Source: an uncultured Bacteroidales bacterium (GTDB lineage Bacteria; Bacteroidota; Bacteroidia; Bacteroidales; PUMT01). Taken from it: a DNA stretch of 64,000 bases. Each line of letters starts with the position of its first letter. The first letter of the stretch is position 1. The stretch is from assembly GCA_964421595.1 (NCBI GenBank), contig CAYQXY010000014.1:10536-74535 (forward strand), read 5' to 3'. Shown here in pieces: positions 56,331-64,000 of this stretch. The notes under the pieces are model-generated. The model ran no database searches. It was not told the DNA's origin and saw only the letters and a list, made by a program, of their open reading frames with translations. Made by a program: the position numbers and the translations under genes.

Positions 56331-58268
56331 CTATTCATTCCAGAGATCAGGAATTGCCCCATGTCCGCGCGCCCGAACAGGTTCCTGAAAGGTAGGATCC
56401 AATGAGCCCGAATGGATTTCAAAAAGTCTTTTTGCAGTTTCCGACATAGCCTCAACCTGGTATTTGTATGGCCTGTCAGTAACATCAATAAGTCCGCAAT
56501 TATAGTTCTCGCCATCATAGCTGCGGCCTGTAAGATCCTGATCGGCCCACTGGAAATAAGCAGTACCAATAAGTCCGGGATGAGCATAAGCTTTTTCAGT
56601 GTAGTACCTGTAAGCAACGCCCCTCTCCATCTGGGAATTGACCTGCCATAAGGCTTGCGCCATGCCCCTGTCGACAGTTCCAAAATGATACTCTCCGATA
56701 ATCATTGGCAGGCCTGTTCCTTCCATCAGCCTGTCCATCATCTCTTGTGGCGGGTAGAGATCGTAGCAGTTAAAACTGAAAACATCAAAATTATCTTTGC
56801 ATATATCAAGAATCTCCTTGCCAGGTACATGGCCAAAACGCATTCCCAGATTCAGATGTCCCGGACTGTGCCGTTTAAGTGAAGAGTTCACTGTTTCAAG
56901 GAAGATCCGAAAGGTGTTGTAAATAAAATACTCTCTTCTTTCCGGCGTATCGCCATCAGCAAGGAATTGAACCAGTTCCTTTTTAACGGGTTTATCATCA
57001 TCCTCAGCAAGTATCATATCACAAAGCCTCTGTTCATGGCCCAGCCATGCTGGTTCATTGGCAATAAAGTAGCCTATCAGCCACGGATTGTCACTGTTAG
57101 GTTCAACAAACCTTCTGATCGATTCATCTATCACTTCGGCATAATCAGGTGCATACACATCAGAAAGTCCCATTAATCCACCCTCCAGCCTGAGATCCCT
57201 CAGCTGAAGCAGAAAAGCCTTCCGGTTTAGATTCATCACTTCTGAACTTGACCAGTTTGCGATGGTGTTTAAACCCCATCTTTCCATACGGTTGAAAATA
57301 TTGTCGATAGATTTTTCACGATAATCCTCACCATATCTTCTGTACAGGTTCCATGTCCCGAATGAAGCAACATCAGGCCTTTCAGGGTTAAAGCCTTTGC
57401 CTTCCGGCGGAAGTTCCCTGTACAGGTTTTCCCGCTTATCAATTCTGACGGCCTGGCCACCACCGCCGGGACTAACACAATCAACTCCTACAGACAGGAA
57501 GAGATAACCTTCAGGATCGACAAACCACCAGCGCCCGTCAATTAATTCAGTCCGGAAAAATCCGGTACCCTCATCAATTCGTGCATTCAGAAATCCACCA
57601 AACTCAGAGTAATTGTAATCATCCGGAACCTGGTTATCTTCGGCCTCCCATTCTTCTTTAAGCTGCTCCAGTGAATAGACCTTATCTTCCCAGTCACCGA
57701 GATTCCATTGTCCAAATTCATCAACAACAGGTTCTTCACCCAGGTACAGATCGCCAGGATCTTCTTTTGACAAGGATACAGAACGTATTTTAATTTTGGG
57801 ATCACCAACAGGAACTCTCATCCGGAAACCAATGGAATCTATGCCCCTGAGTGGTCCGCGCTGTCCTCCAAGGTTGATCCATCCAGTATGCCTTGGCTGG
57901 TTATAGGTTCCCGCAAGATCATGCCATGCCCCGGGTAACTCCCTGAAAAATCGTAAAGGTATAGCAAGTCTGTTCCATCCGTTTGGTGTATAACTCATTA
58001 CGCGCAACTCATTGTAACCTGTTTCTGTAGTAAATCCTACATGGAAACGCTGCGGAGTAGTGACCATAAACTCAATAATCACATATTCAAAATCATCCCA
58101 GTCAGCCGGCAATCCCGGAGATATATCATTCAGGGCAAATTTCCTGCCTGAAACTTCATGATTACTGTCGAACTTAACCTCGACATAATCACTGTTACAT
58201 GAATAAATACCGGCTATCATGAACAAAACCAGAACCAGCCCTGGTAATTTGGAAATTGTCTTAATCAT
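56331..58268 (-). CDS. Lipoprotein, putative clan GH-A (TIM-barrel) glycoside hydrolase with an N-terminal CBM-like domain
   Basis: 645 aa with a lipobox (MIAGIYSC). It has the candidate acid/base block IGYFIANEPAW (NEP) and the candidate nucleophile block PMIIGEYHFG. I could not assign the family by eye. Confidence 0.5.
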   Translation of the reverse strand: MIKTISKLPGLVLVLFMIAGIYSCNSDYVEVKFDSNHEVSGRKFALNDISPGLPADWDDFEYVIIEFMVTTPQRFHVGFTTETGYNELRVMSYTPNGWNRLAIPLRFFRELPGAWHDLAGTYNQPRHTGWINLGGQRGPLRGIDSIGFRMRVPVGDPKIKIRSVSLSKEDPGDLYLGEEPVVDEFGQWNLGDWEDKVYSLEQLKEEWEAEDNQVPDDYNYSEFGGFLNARIDEGTGFFRTELIDGRWWFVDPEGYLFLSVGVDCVSPGGGGQAVRIDKRENLYRELPPEGKGFNPERPDVASFGTWNLYRRYGEDYREKSIDNIFNRMERWGLNTIANWSSSEVMNLNRKAFLLQLRDLRLEGGLMGLSDVYAPDYAEVIDESIRRFVEPNSDNPWLIGYFIANEPAWLGHEQRLCDMILAEDDDKPVKKELVQFLADGDTPERREYFIYNTFRIFLETVNSSLKRHSPGHLNLGMRFGHVPGKEILDICKDNFDVFSFNCYDLYPPQEMMDRLMEGTGLPMIIGEYHFGTVDRGMAQALWQVNSQMERGVAYRYYTEKAYAHPGLIGTAYFQWADQDLTGRSYDGENYNCGLIDVTDRPYKYQVEAMSETAKRLFEIHSGSLDPTFQEPVRARGHGAIPDLWNE

Positions 58269-58481
58269 TTTATTACTTGTTAATTATATCAATGGTTCGT
58301 TAAACTTTAACATAGAAATCTGAATTCAGTGTCAAAATAATCTGGTAAAGTCTTTGACAGTATGCAACTTAATAAATTAACTACAATCTGGTGGTATATC
58401 ATACCGAAGTATGTTTTTCATACTATAAGTTGCTTATAAGAAAATCTACTTCACTGAACGACACTGTTACAGGAAAAGGGG

Positions 58482-58781
58482 TCAGGGTATTGCGGGGATC
58501 CCCTCAACTATTATCATCCGGGTCTTTGCTGCCCTCTGTCTGATAAGTCTTGCCTCAGTGTATTCAGGCGAACTCCACCACTCTTTTGCCCTTTCAACAG
58601 ATGGAAATTCCAGTATTACAAGCCTTCCGGGTTCCTGGTCTCCTTCTAAAGTCACAATCTCTCCGCCACGTGCGAGGAATTTTCCGCCATAGGCGGCTAC
58701 GGTAGCTGGAGTAAGCTTTTTGTAACCCTCATATTCAACAGGATCAGTAATATCGACTTCTACTATAATAAATGCAGCCAT
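58482..58781 (-). CDS. DUF1330 domain protein
   Basis: 99 aa. AAFIIVEVDITDPVEYEGYKKL...GGKFLARGG...LVILEFPSVERAKEWWSSPEY matches the DUF1330 pattern I know. Confidence 0.78.
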   Translation of the reverse strand: MAAFIIVEVDITDPVEYEGYKKLTPATVAAYGGKFLARGGEIVTLEGDQEPGRLVILEFPSVERAKEWWSSPEYTEARLIRQRAAKTRMIIVEGIPAIP

Positions 58782-58945
58782 AATTCGTTTTTTTGTTAAA
58801 AGTACATAAACTCTTCAAGGATCAAAATTATCAGGTAATATTCATATTATATTACTGGTTGATTATACGAGTACAGCAGGAATTATCCCTGTTGTATTCC
58901 TTGGAAATTATACTAATTAAATCAAGACAACTGTAAACTTTGCAA

Positions 58946-59731
58946 ATGAGTAATCCAGCCATAAGACTACTAAGCATTTTACTTATAATGTTCTCTTTAG
59001 GAAATACGTCGGCAGAAGATGCGTATGATATGAAGGAAATTATTGAGGAAATCAATAAAGACGACAGAACAGATTTTTACTCCTGGTTCTACGAAGGATT
59101 AAAATGTGATGTAGAAAAACCTTCTCCTGAAGCATTAAAAAGGGCTCTTACCGGCTTTTTTAATCTTAAAAGCAATAATTCAGTCAAAACAAATTTGCTT
59201 ACTATAATTGATTTCTCTCTTTCATCCAATATGGAAAGAATGTGGATTGTCGATATGAATAATAAACAGGTAATTCACAGCTCTCTTGTAGCTCACGGAC
59301 GTAACAGCGGTCAGGAATTTGCAGAAAAGTTTTCAAATATTTCCGGTTCATATCAAAGCAGCCTGGGATTTTACATTACAGATGCTGTATATCAGGGCAA
59401 ACATGGTATGTCACTTCGGTTGGATGGTGCAGAGCCCGGAATAAATGACAATGCCAGACAAAGGGCAGTCGTCATGCACAGCGCCGATTATGTAAGTAAT
59501 GACTTTATCAGGAAGAACGGACGCCTGGGAAGGAGCTATGGTTGCCCCTCGATACCCCTGGAAAATCATGAGGAAATTATTACATTATTGTCAGGCGGAT
59601 CTTGTCTCTATATCCATTTTCCTTGTGTAAACTATGAGGCAAATTCAGTATTGCTTCAAGACGATTCTGCCCTTCCGGGGATTCAGCTTTTTTTAAGCGA
59701 TCCGCTACTAACTTTTAGTTTTCCAAACTAA
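58946..59731 (+). CDS. YkuD_2-type murein L,D-transpeptidase catalytic-domain family protein
   Basis: I chose the start at ATG 58946. The track's 58940 is TTG. It has a signal peptide (LLSILLIMFSLGNTSA) and the blocks VAHGRNSG, SSLGFYIT, MHSADYV and GRSYGCPSI (catalytic Cys). Confidence 0.72.
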   Translation: MSNPAIRLLSILLIMFSLGNTSAEDAYDMKEIIEEINKDDRTDFYSWFYEGLKCDVEKPSPEALKRALTGFFNLKSNNSVKTNLLTIIDFSLSSNMERMWIVDMNNKQVIHSSLVAHGRNSGQEFAEKFSNISGSYQSSLGFYITDAVYQGKHGMSLRLDGAEPGINDNARQRAVVMHSADYVSNDFIRKNGRLGRSYGCPSIPLENHEEIITLLSGGSCLYIHFPCVNYEANSVLLQDDSALPGIQLFLSDPLLTFSFPN

Positions 59732-61424
59732 AATCTCCCTGACTTCTTTCCCCGTTAAGGGCATTAAGTAACTTCTCATCAAGATCATAGATATCCTCCC
59801 TGAAGTAGACAACACCATCATCATCTGCACGGGCCGTGAGATAAATCACATGTACATCAATAGGATCTTCTAATGCTACTTCATGTTCATCCTCTTCGCC
59901 AAAAGTATCATAAACCTTGTCCATATCCCAGTCAGGGATATCCTGCAAAAAATAATCCAGTAAGTCGAACGGTTGACCTATCCTTATACAACCAGAGCTT
60001 AGGTTACGGCCTTCTTCATCGAAAAGTATTTCATGGGGAGAGTCATGTATGTAGATATGATATGGATTGGGAAACATAAATTTAACCCGTCCCATCTCAG
60101 TCTCCGGCCCAGGCTCTTGCACCACCTGGTATGGTATCTCAGGGTCCTCATCGTTTTCAACCCTTTCCGCTGCTCCATCCCAGTCGACGCTGTCAGGATC
60201 AACTTTTTCTTGCTCATCGTCAAGTAACACAATATCCCTTTCATCAAGATAGGCTGTATCGTTGGCGGCCCCCGGAACTATGTCCCCGGCAAATATACCA
60301 GGCGGTATATACCACCGGGGATTGACCACTAAGTAGGTCATTGTCTCGCTTAAAACAGGTGTAGGCCTGTCTGAACGGCCAACGATAACATCAGAAACTA
60401 GAACCGGCTTGTTATCATCAAAAACGGTAAGCTCATAAGCGGTTATGTCAACTTCTATATACCGGTCGCCGAAATCTTCAGTCAGCCATCTCCATCGTTC
60501 AAGATTAGCCCTGATAACTTCGATCCTTTCTTCAACCGGGATATTCATTATTTCAAGTGTACTCCCCCCAACTATTCCATCAACAATAATTCCGTTCCTT
60601 TCCTGAAAGAGAACAACATGCTCGTGCAGGGTTTCATCAAAATAATTTTCTCTTCCTTCTTCAAAATGAATTTCTCCCTGGGTAACTCCCAGCCTCCTCC
60701 TTACAGCAGAAACGCCCGGGTGCTCCGTCTCTTTCGACAGAGACGGTATATCTCCGGGAATTTCCCAGCCGCCACCTTCTTTTATCTGCCGGAATTCAAC
60801 CAGTGCATTCTGCAGATTGACATATTCACGGTGCCCTGGTGCAAGACCCTCAAGGCTTTCTTTTACTTTTTTACCGGTTAAAGCCACCCTAAGAATCTCT
60901 AAAGGATCAGTTTCCATCTTTCTTCGCTGGCCTGCCCACTGAAAATCTTCATCCTCTAATATTTCCGGATCTGCCTTCCCAATGGAAAGATGTACTGCTA
61001 ACGTAACATAAGCATCGGTCAACAGACTATCTAGCATTTCCGTTGTTGTTACATCAAGCACTATGCGGCCTTCCCGTTCCAAAAGATCTTTTATTTCCTG
61101 AAAATTATAATCTTCAGGATCAAGTCCGTGCTCTATAGAATTCTCAATAAACGAAAGCAGCTCATCAATGTTATCCTTATCTTCCCATCTTAGTCTGCCG
61201 GGTCCACCTGAGTCGTCCTGATAGGTTGCCTTTTCCGGATCAGCAACTCTTTCATGTCCGGGTAACAGGGTATCAGGAATGGAATACGCGTAATTCCTGT
61301 TATTGTATGCTAAATATTGATCGGCAGTATTTTGATTTTCAGAATTTCCGTTTGAATTGAATGCAAATAAAGTTAATATCGGAAATAATAAAGTATATAT
61401 ACGAATGTATGTTATATGTGGCAT
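59715..61424 (-). CDS. YcbB-like L,D-transpeptidase (PG-binding plus YkuD domains)
   Basis: 569 aa with a signal peptide. The YkuD active site reads HIYIHDSPHEILFDEEGRNLSSGCIRI (H...SxGCIR). The 3' end overlaps the convergent YkuD_2 gene by 17 nt. Confidence 0.85.
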   Translation of the reverse strand: MPHITYIRIYTLLFPILTLFAFNSNGNSENQNTADQYLAYNNRNYAYSIPDTLLPGHERVADPEKATYQDDSGGPGRLRWEDKDNIDELLSFIENSIEHGLDPEDYNFQEIKDLLEREGRIVLDVTTTEMLDSLLTDAYVTLAVHLSIGKADPEILEDEDFQWAGQRRKMETDPLEILRVALTGKKVKESLEGLAPGHREYVNLQNALVEFRQIKEGGGWEIPGDIPSLSKETEHPGVSAVRRRLGVTQGEIHFEEGRENYFDETLHEHVVLFQERNGIIVDGIVGGSTLEIMNIPVEERIEVIRANLERWRWLTEDFGDRYIEVDITAYELTVFDDNKPVLVSDVIVGRSDRPTPVLSETMTYLVVNPRWYIPPGIFAGDIVPGAANDTAYLDERDIVLLDDEQEKVDPDSVDWDGAAERVENDEDPEIPYQVVQEPGPETEMGRVKFMFPNPYHIYIHDSPHEILFDEEGRNLSSGCIRIGQPFDLLDYFLQDIPDWDMDKVYDTFGEEDEHEVALEDPIDVHVIYLTARADDDGVVYFREDIYDLDEKLLNALNGERSQGDFSLEN

Positions 61425-61759
61425 TGATCATCTTTTTATTGTTTTTGCAAAAATGCATACAAAGTTAGTAATCAATATATTAAAAAAAGGTAACAGACTA
61501 CAAAAATTATTTTCAAATTAGAATGGTGTTTCGGGAAATGTTCAGAAAACATATTTCATATATTTCAAATCCATTTTATCGCATTGTTATTTCGTTAAAC
61601 GCTTAACAAAGGATATTAATCGCTGGTTCAGCGGCATAGCATTGAAAATAATTTTAAGTTAATTGATCCCTGGAAAGCAAAAAATAAAATTTAGTTTCTA
61701 TGTTAGGTCTATAATTCAATGACAAATCCTTACCTATTGACCATTCACAGCGCACCACT

Positions 61760-61788
61760 AAAAAAGCCATCAGGAAATCCTGATGGCT
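61760..61788 (-). terminator. Rho-independent terminator after the oxidoreductase gene
   Basis: The minus strand reads AGCCATCAGG-ATTT-CCTGATGGCT, a 10-bp perfect stem, followed by TTTTTT. It starts about 25 nt after the stop. Confidence 0.8.
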
Positions 61789-61812
61789 CTCAAATATTAT
61801 AAGACCATTAAT

Positions 61813-63117
61813 TTACAGAGAATAACCGGGCCTGTACTGCCTGTGATAGAACTTCTCAGCTTCAGGATCATTTACAAAATACTGAGCTGCCGGATCCCAT
61901 TTCACAGGTCTTCCCAGCTCATTGGCAATATTACCCAGAATACATGTGGTACCTGTCCTGTGGCCTATTTCAACCGGAACGACAGGATCTGTGCGGTCTC
62001 TCATTGAGGTAATAAAGTTTTCGAGATGAGGAACACCTGTCTCATAGGGAACACCTTCATCTGCCTTCTGCTCATCACTTGGCCTCAGTGAATCATCTGA
62101 TGCATTATAATAACCTCTGGCAACTTCAACCCATCCGTTTTCACCCCAGAATTTAATTCCCCTGGAATTTTTATCATCATATGGCTGGTTGGTTACAGGA
62201 ACACCATTTGCATACATGTAAGTCAGATATTCCGCTCCGTTATGTCCCGGGGGAATGATCTCTACAGGCCCGCCATCGTCAGTACCCAGTCCCCACTGAG
62301 CAATATCGAAATTATGAGCACCCCAGTCAGTTATAAATCCGCCGCCTGTTTCCTTGAAATACCGCCATTCTGCCCAGCCTCTTTCATTCTGAACAGGGTC
62401 AAGTGAGATAGCAGGAGCAAGTCTCTCATTATAATGAACATAAGGATTGGGCCCAAGCCACATTTCCCAGTCCAGGTCACCAGGTAAGGCCATCTCCGGA
62501 AGATCATAAGGACTGGGGAAATCACCAACATAGGCATAAATTTTTTCTAGTTTGCCCAGTTTTCCCTCACGTGCCAGTCTGGCTGCATGGTAGAAATTAA
62601 AATCAGATCTCTGCTGGCTGCCAACTGCCAGTATCCGGTTATTATTCCTCACAGCATTTACCACTTCAATTCCCTCTTTAATTGTCCATGTAAGCGGTTT
62701 TTCCAGATATACATCTTTTCCGGCATTGCAGGCATCAATTGCATTCAAGGCATGCCAGTGGTCTGGTGTTGCTATAACAACTGCATCAATATCCTGTCTG
62801 TCAAGAAGTTCCTTGTAATTCTTGTAAGTCGTTACATCAACATCAATGTCATTGTCGGAATAGTGCTTGTTAAGTCTTTGTTCAAAACGTGTGCACTTAA
62901 TGCCGTATACATCAGCACCCGCTACAATCTGAACACCGGGAATAGTAAGAAAACCATTCATCAGTCCCATAGCCTGCTGGCCCAGTCCGATAAATCCAAG
63001 CCTGATAGTGTCATTGGCTGAAGCAGTGGCGCAACTTTTAATCAGCGGCAGGACAGAAAGTCCGACTGCTCCGATAATAGAGGTCTGAAGAAATCCTCTC
63101 CTTGAAATAATTTTCAT
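61813..63117 (-). CDS. TAT-exported Gfo/Idh/MocA family oxidoreductase
   Basis: 434 aa with a twin-arginine leader (SRRGFLQTSIIGAVGLSVLP), the Rossmann block IRLGFIGLGQQA and the EKP block YLEKPLT. Confidence 0.88.
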   Translation of the reverse strand: MKIISRRGFLQTSIIGAVGLSVLPLIKSCATASANDTIRLGFIGLGQQAMGLMNGFLTIPGVQIVAGADVYGIKCTRFEQRLNKHYSDNDIDVDVTTYKNYKELLDRQDIDAVVIATPDHWHALNAIDACNAGKDVYLEKPLTWTIKEGIEVVNAVRNNNRILAVGSQQRSDFNFYHAARLAREGKLGKLEKIYAYVGDFPSPYDLPEMALPGDLDWEMWLGPNPYVHYNERLAPAISLDPVQNERGWAEWRYFKETGGGFITDWGAHNFDIAQWGLGTDDGGPVEIIPPGHNGAEYLTYMYANGVPVTNQPYDDKNSRGIKFWGENGWVEVARGYYNASDDSLRPSDEQKADEGVPYETGVPHLENFITSMRDRTDPVVPVEIGHRTGTTCILGNIANELGRPVKWDPAAQYFVNDPEAEKFYHRQYRPGYSL

Positions 63118-63184
63118 AGTTAATTAGGTTTTTTGCATTATTTTGGTTTCGGTCTTTGAATTATTTTACAAGTATACAAAATTT

Positions 63185-64000
63185 TTAGTATCCCCAGTTC
63201 TGTTTTAGTTTAGGATTCCTGTCAATTACTGCCTGAGGCACCGGATTAAAGTATTGCTTTTGATGAAAAACATGGGGGTGATGAGTTAATGGAGTTACGG
63301 TATATACCCAGTCGCCGCTGTTATCTTCAGGTATAGAATTTCTGATCACCATGGAATGCAGTGGCTTATTCATAACTTCCATCGCTATTTTCCACCTCCA
63401 TATATCATAAAGCCTTTTACCTTCATAGTGCAATTCAACCCGGCGTTCCCGTCGTATTTCATGACGCATCTCTTCCTGGCTCAATCCTTCAGGCAATGGA
63501 GGTAAATTGGTGCTTTCACGTGCCCTGATATAATTGATCATCTCATATACAGTTGCATCAGGCCCTGCACTTTCATTACGGGCTTCAGCATAATTAAGAA
63601 GCACCTCACCGTAACGGTAGTATACATGATTCTGGCCACTTAGTCCTCCTCCACGGGGATTAAAATAATCAAGTCTTTTCTTCAAATAGTATCCCGTATT
63701 TCCGACATCATCGCCACCAAAGTCAATTTCATTTCTTGAAGGATTTACCCGGTCTATACGGGTATAAATAGTATCGGGTCCGTCCATCCAGGCCATATAG
63801 TATGGTGCACCGTCATAAACAATAAAGTTGTAGAATCTCTGCTCACGGTCCACATAAGGATTTTGCGGGTCATAACCCGATTCCGGATGATCTATACTTA
63901 ACCCGTTAGCCATCTGATACTCATCAACTATCTCCTGTGTGGGACAATAATTTCCCCATGTGTAATAGGTGTTATGAATCCAGACAGGTCCGCCAAACTG
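63185..64000 (-). CDS. susD: RagB/SusD family nutrient-binding outer-membrane lipoprotein (C-terminal part; N-terminus beyond the window end)
   Basis: The frame stays open upstream of the listed Met to position 64000 (…NYCPTQEIVDEYQMANG…). The blocks YRYGEVLLNYAEA and RRERRVELHYEGKRLYDIWRW, plus the terminal WGY, are SusD hallmarks. Confidence 0.9.
   Translation of the reverse strand, partial: QFGGPVWIHNTYYTWGNYCPTQEIVDEYQMANGLSIDHPESGYDPQNPYVDREQRFYNFIVYDGAPYYMAWMDGPDTIYTRIDRVNPSRNEIDFGGDDVGNTGYYLKKRLDYFNPRGGGLSGQNHVYYRYGEVLLNYAEARNESAGPDATVYEMINYIRARESTNLPPLPEGLSQEEMRHEIRRERRVELHYEGKRLYDIWRWKIAMEVMNKPLHSMVIRNSIPEDNSGDWVYTVTPLTHHPHVFHQKQYFNPVPQAVIDRNPKLKQNWGY

Overview
This 64-kb window reads as ordinary chromosomal DNA from an anaerobic, saccharolytic Bacteroidota-like organism. 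Supporting signs are a SusD-family gene, many lipobox lipoproteins, several TAT-exported Gfo/Idh/MocA oxidoreductases, TAnnTTTG-type -7 promoter boxes and an [FeFe]-hydrogenase operon. I support about 50 protein-coding genes. I found no rRNA, tRNA, CRISPR array, transposase, integrase or phage gene. Blocks from left to right:
- (1) Miscellaneous enzymes: an SDR, a VOC protein, an M28 peptidase, aroD and a lipase-like lipoprotein.
- (2) A ROK regulator, a Na+/solute symporter, a sugar-1-P nucleotidyltransferase and a NahK/AmgK-like anomeric kinase, which together look like an amino-sugar salvage module.
- (3) DoxX plus a TAT-exported oxidoreductase, then kynureninase and a patatin-like protein.
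- (4) A rhamnose-like 6-deoxyhexose cluster with rhaA, rhaM, a RhaEW-like aldolase/SDR fusion, a sorbose-1-P-reductase-like Zn-ADH, an aldo/keto reductase (AKR), an uncharacterised PHP-like protein and an unusual transporter. No FGGY kinase is visible.
- (5) A fused E1alpha-beta plus E2 2-oxoacid dehydrogenase operon with a divergent GntR/HutC regulator and perfect palindromic operators.
- (6) A four-subunit Hnd/HydABC-type [FeFe]-hydrogenase operon. It is preceded by a six-gene putative H2-sensing and signalling module and by three Rex-like boxes over its promoter.
- (7) Met/Lys biosynthesis: metF, metY and an aspartokinase behind a SAM-I riboswitch, with a Met-codon-rich mini-ORF in the leader, then lysA and a second aspartokinase.
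- (8) Envelope and glycan genes: a membrane fusion protein (MFP) efflux adaptor, a second patatin, GH-like lipoproteins, two L,D-transpeptidases, a TAT-exported oxidoreductase and SusD.

The best candidates for undescribed biology are the hydrogenase-linked sensory module, the kinase-less deoxy-sugar cluster with its PHP-like protein, and the SAM riboswitch combined with the Met-rich leader ORF. All family assignments come from motif recognition by eye. No database search was run.
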